A stretch of DNA of 64,000 bases, from IMG/VR virus record IMGVR_UViG_3300005941_000003, positions 62,001 to 126,000 of that record; one strand, given 5' to 3'. The position numbers and the translations under genes are program-made. Below are positions 42,701 to 51,319 of this stretch, one piece after another. A model generated the notes under the pieces. It had not been told where the DNA came from and did no database searches. It saw only the letters and a program-made list of their open reading frames with translations. Numbering within the stretch: position 1 is the stretch's first letter; each line of letters begins with the position of its first letter.

Positions 42701-43930
42701 TTACATCATACTCACAAATACTTCCACGATGCCAGGTGCTACTCCCGACTTATCTTCAATTGCTTTACCGATTACTGTACCGACTAGTATTTCGCTGTCT
42801 AGTGCTGCTTTAGCGTGGCCTGGTACATTTGATGTAACCAAAAGATCACCCTTTTTAACAACACCTACTACTTTACAAGGCACTCTACCTTTTAGTGCAA
42901 TTGCTGGATGTGTTTGCGAATTCCCCGCCTTTGAATTCATTAAATATGCAGGTTCTGTTGATATAACGCCTGCTACCGCACGATCTGCGATTTTTGTTGT
43001 TGTAGTTACTTCTGCTTCACCACCAAATACTAACACTGTGCCCGGTTCGTATGGTGCATCGGCTGAATATCGTTCTGCCAAGTCAGCGTATGTAGCTTCG
43101 ACTGTGTGCCCGTAAATTACATTCCATTGTTCTGTTGGCGTTCCCAAATCATATGTCGCATCAACGCTTGGGTTAATGCTACCTGATACTGTATTTGTAG
43201 CATCGTTAACCATATGATTTGTAGGAGTATTTGTAAAGTTATTATAATCTAGATAATATGCACCGTGTTGGGCGTCTAGTGTGTCTGCATCAGTGATAGA
43301 TGTTGATGTAGTCAACGATGCCAACTTATGTACAGTCATAACCGAGTTTAGCGGCAATGGCGATGCAAGTGTCAGCGTGTTACCCGATATTGTGTATGCT
43401 GTCGTCGGCGTCTGTGCAGCGCCATCAATGTGTGCAATAACGTGCCAATCTTGTGTCACAGTATATGGTAGAATGTAAACTGAATTTGAACCTGTACCAG
43501 TAAATGAATTGTATTCTAAAGAATTTATCTTTTGTGCAGTATCAATAACAATCTCATCACCGACAACCGTAATTGTAATGTCGTTGTTTGAACCTTGAAC
43601 AAATGATCTGAACTTATCCTGATCTGGGTCACTATTATCTAGTACAAAAGCACCCGTACCAATGTTTATTGCGTCTGATTTTACATTAAATTCAGTCCAA
43701 TCTAAGTTAGTAAGTCCGGCACCTAGCTGATAAACAGTTTGATCACTCTGTTGATAAACCAACATACCATGTGTACGTCTTGGCGCTGGTATATTATCTC
43801 GTTCCGTCTGATCTGCTACTTCTCTGTAGCCACCTTTAGCGTAGATACTAGCATGTGTTGGATACACATCATCTGTATCTGTCGGTGCGATCATACCTGT
43901 TAAGTTAACTGCTCCCGTAATCTGTGTCAT
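42701..43930 (-). CDS. Fibre-associated structural protein (409 aa)
   Basis: C-terminal ATYADLAERY domain shared with three neighbours. Confidence 0.75.
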   Translation of the reverse strand: MTQITGAVNLTGMIAPTDTDDVYPTHASIYAKGGYREVADQTERDNIPAPRRTHGMLVYQQSDQTVYQLGAGLTNLDWTEFNVKSDAINIGTGAFVLDNSDPDQDKFRSFVQGSNNDITITVVGDEIVIDTAQKINSLEYNSFTGTGSNSVYILPYTVTQDWHVIAHIDGAAQTPTTAYTISGNTLTLASPLPLNSVMTVHKLASLTTSTSITDADTLDAQHGAYYLDYNNFTNTPTNHMVNDATNTVSGSINPSVDATYDLGTPTEQWNVIYGHTVEATYADLAERYSADAPYEPGTVLVFGGEAEVTTTTKIADRAVAGVISTEPAYLMNSKAGNSQTHPAIALKGRVPCKVVGVVKKGDLLVTSNVPGHAKAALDSEILVGTVIGKAIEDKSGVAPGIVEVFVSMM

Positions 43931-43931
43931 G

Positions 43932-45188
43932 TTAGCTTACTCCAATCGTGATTGCGCCTACAATCGTATATGTTGTTCTATGTACGTAATAATCTGTTGT
44001 AGCACCGTATGCATTTGTAAGCGACAATGTGTATGCAGGTTCCATTGCCACACCAAATCCAGTTGCTTGATCTATAAATGATGTCTTCAAACCAAATGAT
44101 GTAGGATACGCCATCCATTTATAATCGCCGCCAGCAAATGTTTTATTTCCTGTGAAATTACTACTCAGCGTTGTATTTAATAGAGATTCTACACCCGCTT
44201 CATTTAGCACTGCATCTGGACTTGTACCATAGAATGTACGCCATCTCCAACTTACAGTAAAGTTTCTTGTAAATGTTGCAGTCTGTGTATCAGTAGCAGA
44301 AATTTGCCACGTGTTGTTTGTTGCACTTGTTTTAACAACTTCGGCAGCAAGTGTTAAAAGTTCTGTGCCATCGTTAGTTAGACTTGAACCAAGTGTAATA
44401 CTGTTTGTAATATCTTCGATAACAATACTATCTGCTACAATATTGGAACTGTTACTTGTACTCCAAGTAAATGTATATGTACCTGCAGGAATACTTTCTC
44501 CTACTTCTAGTGTAGTAGGTTGTCCGCTTATTGAAAATGCAGTAAATGTAGGATCTTGATACGGATAAAGAAGACCAGTGAACATATCTTGTAACGAAAC
44601 TGTATCGAATGTTGTACCGGCATCGTAACCACCAACCGCAACTGGCATTGGGGTTGCATTAGTATATGTTTGTACCGGGTGTGAATTATCTACATAATCT
44701 TTTGTGACGTATTCATTTGCTGTTAGATAGTCACCAACACGCGTGTCCGTATAATAAAGATTTACTACACCCTCTGCTAGGTCATCGGTTGTGTAGTTTA
44801 AAAGTATGTCAGTAAGATTTGAACCGTCACCGGATAACGAAGCCGCAGTAATCGAACCCGATGTGAATACATCTTTGTCCTCGAAACTCCATCTATCCGC
44901 AGTTTCGTCCCATGTCAACAATACGTTAGGATCATCACCTCTGTTTATTTCAATACCAACATCATCTGTAGCGGGTCCGGTATGATCACCATTCAATAAA
45001 ATGTAGCTATCCGAAAAGGTAACTGTTTCCGCATTTGCTGTTGTCGTAGTTCCCTGAACTGTAAGATTACCTTTGATTATAAGCGTACCATTTCTTGATT
45101 CAATAACAGCATCATTTGCGCCATTATCGAAAAGAACTTTTTCGCCTCTCAGAAATAATCTATCACCGAATTTAATTTGTTCTGCCAT
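43932..45188 (-). CDS. Structural protein (418 aa), fibre cluster
   Basis: Shares the GNLTV.GTTTT..DSYILLN...GIEINRG module and one NLY repeat with the fibres; late motif at 45217-45226. Confidence 0.7.
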   Translation of the reverse strand: MAEQIKFGDRLFLRGEKVLFDNGANDAVIESRNGTLIIKGNLTVQGTTTTANAETVTFSDSYILLNGDHTGPATDDVGIEINRGDDPNVLLTWDETADRWSFEDKDVFTSGSITAASLSGDGSNLTDILLNYTTDDLAEGVVNLYYTDTRVGDYLTANEYVTKDYVDNSHPVQTYTNATPMPVAVGGYDAGTTFDTVSLQDMFTGLLYPYQDPTFTAFSISGQPTTLEVGESIPAGTYTFTWSTSNSSNIVADSIVIEDITNSITLGSSLTNDGTELLTLAAEVVKTSATNNTWQISATDTQTATFTRNFTVSWRWRTFYGTSPDAVLNEAGVESLLNTTLSSNFTGNKTFAGGDYKWMAYPTSFGLKTSFIDQATGFGVAMEPAYTLSLTNAYGATTDYYVHRTTYTIVGAITIGVS

Positions 45189-45245
45189 GTTTTCTTCCTA
45201 GAAAAATATACTAAGTCTATTTATCTGATTAAGACAGAACATAAT

Positions 45246-45275
45246 AAAAAACCCGGAAGTTTCCTCCCGGGTTTC
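45246..45275 (-). terminator. Intrinsic terminator after the major capsid gene
   Basis: aaacccgg/ccgggttt stem with a T tract on the minus strand. Confidence 0.75.
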
Positions 45276-45296
45276 TTAATTTAATTTTCGTAACTA

Positions 45297-46454
45297 TTAT
45301 ACGAATGCTAGGTTTGAAACTGCGATCTTTGATACGTAGTCTGCTGCGTTACCTAGTGATGATGCTGTGTTTGTTAGCTCAACGTAACCGTAGCGTGTCA
45401 TGAATGATACTACTGGTTCGAATGTTGCTGGGTCAACTACAACGCCTGATGACATTAGCGGTACGTATGGGCAGTAGAATGCTGCTGCGTCGATTTCGCC
45501 TTGACCTTTGTAACCTAGTAGAACTGGTGCTGTGTCATTTGCGTATGTGTTTACATAAACGCGCATTGTACCGTTTAGAGTACCAACGAACTTTGTGTTT
45601 GTTGGTGCTTCAAATGTACCTTCTGTTGTACGTGCGAAAGCTGATGTTGTTGCTGACTGTAGCACTGTTAGTGCTGCTGGTGAAACAACTGCCCAGTTTG
45701 CTGCGCCACGGCGTGTACGCTGTGCAACTAGGTTTGCTTGCTGGTTGATTAGTGTTGCTAGAACAGCGTGACGGTCGCCAACGAATGTTGGTGTACCTGT
45801 GAATGTGCCGTTCATGTCGAATGCTGCACCCTGAGTTGCTAGGTTTTCTAGTGAACCTAGGATCTCTTGGTCGATTTCTGCTGTGATTTCCATAGCAAGT
45901 GCTGCCATGATTTCTGCTTCGATATCTAGACCGTGCATTGCGTTAGCATCTTGTGCTGCTTCGAATGTCCAACGTGCTGATAGCTTACGTGTTTTTGCTT
46001 CAACAGTTTGCTTTAGAACTTGGATTGACATACGGTTACCCGCCGCGCCTTCTAGTGCTGCTGTTGATAGAGGTGCAGTTGTGCCGTTACCTGAGTATGA
46101 CTTTGCAATATCAAATGGTGATAGTGCTTCTGAACCTGCTGTTGTTGCGCCTGCGTTGTCTGCATAACGAACACGTAGTGTGTGGATCTGACCAACTGGG
46201 CCAGTCATTGGCTGAACGCCGATGATTTCGTTTGCAATAACTGTTGGCATAACGCGACGGATTACTGGAAGAATAACTTTGTTTAGTGTTGCAATGTTAC
46301 CTGCCTGTGTTCCACCCGCTGTTGCGTTTTCGTTTAGTGCTTTCTTTGTGTTTTCTAGAACTGATGACATAACATCACGCTTTGTGCCTGCTAGACCTTC
46401 TAGTAGTGCCGCACGTGTGTTTTCCCAGTTGTTGCCTTCAAAAAGATTTTCCAT
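45297..46454 (-). CDS. gp23: Major capsid protein (gp23-like)
   Basis: IRRVMPTVIANEIIGVQPMTGPVGQI, AKTRKLSARWT, AAFYCPYVPL, MTRYG. Confidence 0.97.
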   Translation of the reverse strand: MENLFEGNNWENTRAALLEGLAGTKRDVMSSVLENTKKALNENATAGGTQAGNIATLNKVILPVIRRVMPTVIANEIIGVQPMTGPVGQIHTLRVRYADNAGATTAGSEALSPFDIAKSYSGNGTTAPLSTAALEGAAGNRMSIQVLKQTVEAKTRKLSARWTFEAAQDANAMHGLDIEAEIMAALAMEITAEIDQEILGSLENLATQGAAFDMNGTFTGTPTFVGDRHAVLATLINQQANLVAQRTRRGAANWAVVSPAALTVLQSATTSAFARTTEGTFEAPTNTKFVGTLNGTMRVYVNTYANDTAPVLLGYKGQGEIDAAAFYCPYVPLMSSGVVVDPATFEPVVSFMTRYGYVELTNTASSLGNAADYVSKIAVSNLAFV

Positions 46455-46479
46455 CTTTTAACTCCTGTATCTGGTTAAA

Positions 46480-47592
46480 TTACTTCAAGCCTGCTAACTT
46501 CTTTAGCTGGATGATATCGGCATCGCCATCTGATGATTTTACTTCGGTTGTCGCAGCGCGATCACCAGTATGTTCAGTCACTTTGCCTTCTGTTAGGGTT
46601 TGTTTTGTTTCAGTTTTTGCTGAAACTGTTTCATTAAGAACTGCTGGTAGATATTTCTTAAAAGCAGTTTTTAAGTTCTCTGTTTTTACTGATTCAAGAA
46701 GATCAGTCATTACAGAACGCTTGTCTTTTGCAAGTGGTGCTAGTAGACTTTCTAGAACTGCTTTGCGGTTCATGCGGTCTTCCATTACACGTGCTTTACG
46801 CTTTGCGTCTGTGATAGCTGCGTCTTTTTCAGCGATCATTGATTCTAGCTCTACAACTTTTTGAGCAGATTCGTCTAGCTTTTTGTTCATCTTTGCAACT
46901 TCTGTGCCTTCGTTTAGCTGTGAAGCCATGAATTCACCTGCAAATGCTTCGAACAACTTACGACCAAATTCATTTTCTTTAGCCGCGTGAATGTCCTCTT
47001 TTAGCATTTTGATTTCTGAACGTAGAGCATTTGAGATTGTTGTCTCAACTAGCTCTGCTGAACGCTTGACAAAAGATTCTTTTGTTTTATTAAGAAGTGT
47101 CTTGCCTTCTGCTACTAGGCGTACTTTAGTTTCTACTAGTTCTGCCTTATCTTTGTGGAACTCTGCTAGTTCACGTGAAAGTTGTTTTACAACGAACTGC
47201 TTAGTTGTTTCTAAGTTTTCGTTCATCTTTGCACGATCTACACGTAGTTCTTTAACTTCTGTTGCAAGCTGAGAAGTAATGAATGATTCGAGGATTTTTG
47301 CGTGTTCTGAAATTGCTTTCTTGTACGCAACACGTTCTGCGATTAGAGCCTCGCGGTCTGTCTTGAACTCTTCCATTTCAGCACGGATTGTTTCGTTTAG
47401 CATGTTATCCATAGCTTCAACAATCACTGATTTGTCGTGTTCAAACTTCTGTGCGAACTCCTCACGCAACTCGGCTGTAATCTCCTCTCTTGCTTCGTTT
47501 AGTTTTGCTTCCATAGCCTCTTTGATAGCCGCACCAGCTTCTTCGCTTAGTGCGCCCGACTCTAGAAGATTAGCAAGGATTTCATTTGCCAT
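46480..47592 (-). CDS. gp22: Prohead core/scaffold protein (gp22-like)
   Basis: Coiled-coil Glu/Lys-rich protein between the protease and MCP genes. Confidence 0.8.
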   Translation of the reverse strand: MANEILANLLESGALSEEAGAAIKEAMEAKLNEAREEITAELREEFAQKFEHDKSVIVEAMDNMLNETIRAEMEEFKTDREALIAERVAYKKAISEHAKILESFITSQLATEVKELRVDRAKMNENLETTKQFVVKQLSRELAEFHKDKAELVETKVRLVAEGKTLLNKTKESFVKRSAELVETTISNALRSEIKMLKEDIHAAKENEFGRKLFEAFAGEFMASQLNEGTEVAKMNKKLDESAQKVVELESMIAEKDAAITDAKRKARVMEDRMNRKAVLESLLAPLAKDKRSVMTDLLESVKTENLKTAFKKYLPAVLNETVSAKTETKQTLTEGKVTEHTGDRAATTEVKSSDGDADIIQLKKLAGLK

Positions 47593-47607
47593 TGTTGCTT
47601 CTCCTGT

Positions 47608-48237
47608 TTACAGTTTAAGTTCACGAATGAACTTCACTATTTGCTCTGACAAGTACTTCTGTGCAGCCTTGTCATGTTTAACATCTTGTGCCAACTGCCA
47701 TGTTTGGTAGCCGCCACGCATGTTCATTAGTCCTTCGTAGATAGCTTTTGGGTACGCATTTGGCGCACTTGGCTGTGCTACGATATCCACTGTGACAATC
47801 TCAAAGTTGTTCACATTACCCTGATTATCAACCTCACCTGAACCACGTGATGAGACACCTAAGGTAGCGCCTGATTCGATTAATGTTCTAATGATGTTGC
47901 CCATTGGTGTAGGAACGATTTTAAGTTTACCAAAGCCGTTAGGACCATCCATCCACATATTTTCAATAATGTGAGACACACGGTCTACGTTGACTGTTAG
48001 TTCTGGTGGGTGGTCACATTCACCAAGAACTGGGAAACCGTCAGCAATTTTCTTCTGTACGCTTTCCACCGCTCTTGTGATTTCTGAAACCGGGTATACT
48101 CGCTGGTTAGCATTCTTAACGCCGCCTTGGACGAAAATGCCTTCCATAAACATACTCTTTTCACCATTCTCACTTTCAACGATACGTGACTTCACATTCG
48201 CTTGATTGTGTGATAATCTTTCAATAAGAACGGTCAT
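47608..48237 (-). CDS. gp21: Prohead protease (gp21-like)
   Basis: NANQRVYP, LGECDHP, GVSSRGSG, VDIVAQPSAPNAYP. Confidence 0.95.
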   Translation of the reverse strand: MTVLIERLSHNQANVKSRIVESENGEKSMFMEGIFVQGGVKNANQRVYPVSEITRAVESVQKKIADGFPVLGECDHPPELTVNVDRVSHIIENMWMDGPNGFGKLKIVPTPMGNIIRTLIESGATLGVSSRGSGEVDNQGNVNNFEIVTVDIVAQPSAPNAYPKAIYEGLMNMRGGYQTWQLAQDVKHDKAAQKYLSEQIVKFIRELKL

Positions 48238-48260
48238 TGGTTTCTCCAAATAAGATTAAA

Positions 48261-49118
48261 TTAGTGTAGTGACTTTGTGTTTACACCATTGTCACCTGGC
48301 TTCGCGTTCTGACCCTTCATTGCTGGTGCTTTTGAATTGCCTGATACGTTCACGTTGCCTGTTGACATTGCTTTAGGTGCTGCGCCTTTGCCGCCTGATG
48401 TGTTACCATCTTTTGTGCGGATTGGTGCTGCGTTTGAGTCATCGCCAGGACGCTTTGGATTTGCGTTTACTGTTGATTTGTTCTGTACGCCGTTGTCACC
48501 TTTTTTTGCTGAAACTTGTGTTACATATTCATCAAGTTTTTCTTCATCATCTGATTCTTCTAGTTCTTCTGAATCGTCTTCTGATTCTTCTAGTTCTAGT
48601 TCAAATGATTCTTCAACTTCGTCTTCATCTGCGTCGAATTCAATTTCTTCACCTTCTTCTTCGTCACCGAAGTCGTGGCCTTCTTCTTCTTCGCCTGCCA
48701 TGATCTTTTCGAATTCTGCTTCTAGATCAGCTAGTGCTGCTTCTAGGTCATCAACGCGTGTTTCAACGTCGCCTTCTGCTTCGTCGTCGCCCATTTCTAG
48801 GTCGTCAACTGCTTCTTCGTCGTCCATTTCGTCTTCGTCATAGAATTCTTCATTGTCGATTTCTTCTGAATCTGATTCGATATCTTCGATTGAATCTTCT
48901 GCATCAAATTCATTTGCTTCATCAACGATTTCTTCATCGTCTTCTGACTCGTCTAGATCCTCTAGGTCTTCTTCTACAACTTCATCGCTTTCGTTTAGAA
49001 GTTCTTCGTGGATTTGACGAGCGTTTTCTACGATAAACTCGTGAAGTAGCTCTTCCGCTGCTTCATGCTCCTCGTTGATAAGAAGCTCTAGTACTTGTTC
49101 TAACTTACTTCTTGACAT
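48261..49118 (-). CDS. Acidic prohead core/internal protein
   Basis: MSRSKLEQVLELLINEE start after an AGGAG RBS; very acidic middle region and basic low-complexity tail. Confidence 0.7.
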   Translation of the reverse strand: MSRSKLEQVLELLINEEHEAAEELLHEFIVENARQIHEELLNESDEVVEEDLEDLDESEDDEEIVDEANEFDAEDSIEDIESDSEEIDNEEFYDEDEMDDEEAVDDLEMGDDEAEGDVETRVDDLEAALADLEAEFEKIMAGEEEEGHDFGDEEEGEEIEFDADEDEVEESFELELEESEDDSEELEESDDEEKLDEYVTQVSAKKGDNGVQNKSTVNANPKRPGDDSNAAPIRTKDGNTSGGKGAAPKAMSTGNVNVSGNSKAPAMKGQNAKPGDNGVNTKSLH

Positions 49119-49320
49119 TATAAGTCTCCTTCTTATCATTATGCCACAAAGAGTGTGGCAAAGTTGTAAAAACACTATTGTTTTATTACAATAGTATTTA
49201 CTATCTATATAACTATTTAATATGGAAATACGCAAAAACGGCGGGTTTTTGCGTATAGTTTGGTGTAGAGATATTTAGTAAAGTGCTTTTAAAAGATAAG
49301 ATAGCAGTTTTTGATGTAAA

Positions 49321-49548
49321 TTACATCTCTAATTCGCCACCTGCATCTTCACCACCGGCAGAACCACCATACATTCTTGAAATTTGGTTTGACTTGATAC
49401 CATCTTCATACTTACGATATTCACGAATTTTACGAAGTTTGGATAGGTGTTCAAGTGTTAGACGATGCTTTCTTGTATCGTCTAACTCAATAGAATTGTG
49501 GTTATCTAGTTCTGGAGAATAATTCTCTTTAAGTTCTGTATATCTCAT
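49321..49548 (-). CDS. Small head-cluster protein
   Basis: 75-aa ORF directly after the exact T4 late promoter TATAAATA (49553-49562). Confidence 0.7.
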   Translation of the reverse strand: MRYTELKENYSPELDNHNSIELDDTRKHRLTLEHLSKLRKIREYRKYEDGIKSNQISRMYGGSAGGEDAGGELEM

Positions 49549-49556
49549 GATAGTAT

Positions 49557-51263
49557 TTATACTTCTTCCTCTGGTTCTGCGTTTTCTTCACCAGAAATAA
49601 CCGAACCTTCGTCAGTTGTATCTCCCATATCATCACCGATATCAAAATCTTCTGCGCCACCCATGTCGCCGACTGGAGGGGCAGCGCCCACGCCTTTTAG
49701 ACCGTCTGCTGCACCGGAGAGTGCGTCATCTTCACCGTGTTCTTCGCGCCACATCTTTTCGTTTTCTAGAATTTCATCTTCTGTCATACCTAAGAAACGC
49801 TTCATAGCAAAACGCTTACTGATGTATTCAGCATCCGCAATACTTGTAAATACTTGCATCATCACGCTATCGACTTCTGCTTGGCGGTACTTACCGAAGT
49901 TTTGTGGTTCGTTGAAGCTAATATCAAATAGTGAACTTTCCACTTGAATACCTCGGTGCTTACAGAACATTTTAAATTCACGATCTAGTTCTTCGACCAC
50001 AAGAGATTGGATACGTTCACAAAATTTCACAAAACGAAATTCTTGTATCATCGCAGTACCGACACGCCCGTCACTAAACGCTGCGCCGGGATCACCGTCA
50101 CTTGCACCAAGATAGCTAGGTGGAACACGAAGACCACGAAGTAGTTTGTTGTTGAAGAATCGCAAGTCGTCAATCTGACCTAGATTTTCACCGCCAGGTA
50201 GAGTTTCAACTTTTGAACCACGTCCTTCTGATGTTTGAGCAAAGAAGTAGTCTTCCATAATTGATAGTGGGTTGTATGCACTATCTGTGATGTTTTGACC
50301 ACCACCAGTTTTTGACGGAATACGTCTTTGGTGAATTTCATTCTTAATGCGTTCTAGGTGCGCTCTTGCTTTGTGTGTTGGCATTGAACCAACGTCAATA
50401 TAGAATACTCTGCGTTCCGGCGCACGTTGAACACGATAAATTAGAATTGCGTCTTCTAGTAATTCTTTTTGTTTGTAAACTTTAAACACAGGTTCTAGTA
50501 TACTAGTGCCGAATGGCCAGTAACCGTCTGCACCCTCGTTTAGGGATATATGAACGATATGTGATGCATCAATCGGTGTTGACGTTTGTTCAGTAGTTGC
50601 TCTTGCTCCGCCTGCAACAGTACCCGCATAACCTTGAGTTGTGTTAACATTTATATTAACTGGTCTGCCCATAGCACCCGAACCTGTTTGGGATAACTTG
50701 TTTTGGTCCGCAGTGATATTCATGCTTTCTAAGTTAATATCAATGTCACGAATGTAATACGCTTCTGGCTTTTTACCTTTACCTTCGTTTACAATAATCT
50801 TATCTAGTTTTGCAGGATCTACCCAATACAATTTGTATGTTTCTGGATCACGCACAAAAATCTGATCACCATACTTAATAGTGTTACGGAAAATACGGAA
50901 AATGCGCTTGTGCATTTCATTTAGATTACACCATTGGCGCAATGCATTGCGCAGAACTTCGCTTTCACTTTCGCTTGGGTCTTCGTTATAATCAATCTTG
51001 AATGGAAGTTTTGTTTCATTGTCTGCAATTGTCGAAAATTCAGCAATAACGTCAAGTGCAGCGTTAACTTCACTATCCATATCCATGTTGTCATATTGAC
51101 CGTAACGTTGGGTACGGTTAGGTTGTCCCTGATAAACTTCAGGTAGCCAACTACTATAACGTTTATTCGATGCATCACCTGCACTTGCTGTATTTGATGC
51201 TGGCATCGCTGTTGTATTTCTTGCAATCCCATCATACGTTTTAAAGTATTTTTTCCAACTCAT
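49557..51263 (-). CDS. gp20: Portal protein (gp20-like)
   Basis: EDAILIYRVQRAPERRVFYIDVG, EDYFFAQTSEGRGSKVETLPGGENLG, LRVPPSYL. Confidence 0.96.
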   Translation of the reverse strand: MSWKKYFKTYDGIARNTTAMPASNTASAGDASNKRYSSWLPEVYQGQPNRTQRYGQYDNMDMDSEVNAALDVIAEFSTIADNETKLPFKIDYNEDPSESESEVLRNALRQWCNLNEMHKRIFRIFRNTIKYGDQIFVRDPETYKLYWVDPAKLDKIIVNEGKGKKPEAYYIRDIDINLESMNITADQNKLSQTGSGAMGRPVNINVNTTQGYAGTVAGGARATTEQTSTPIDASHIVHISLNEGADGYWPFGTSILEPVFKVYKQKELLEDAILIYRVQRAPERRVFYIDVGSMPTHKARAHLERIKNEIHQRRIPSKTGGGQNITDSAYNPLSIMEDYFFAQTSEGRGSKVETLPGGENLGQIDDLRFFNNKLLRGLRVPPSYLGASDGDPGAAFSDGRVGTAMIQEFRFVKFCERIQSLVVEELDREFKMFCKHRGIQVESSLFDISFNEPQNFGKYRQAEVDSVMMQVFTSIADAEYISKRFAMKRFLGMTEDEILENEKMWREEHGEDDALSGAADGLKGVGAAPPVGDMGGAEDFDIGDDMGDTTDEGSVISGEENAEPEEEV

Positions 51264-51319
51264 TTATGTTATCCCATTTTTGCTATTATAGCATTATTTT
51301 GTTTATATGTAAAGTGTGT

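Noticed and set aside
28422-45188. Diversity-generating retroelement acting on the fibre C-termini
   Set aside because: No reverse transcriptase in the window; the paralogous C-termini differ at all bases rather than in an adenine-specific TR/VR pattern
48261-49235. Extended N-termini from the ORF track (also 11891, 17335, 20789, 24758, 53925, 59917, 62454)
   Set aside because: Downstream starts have clear RBSs, and in several cases the late promoter lies inside the extension
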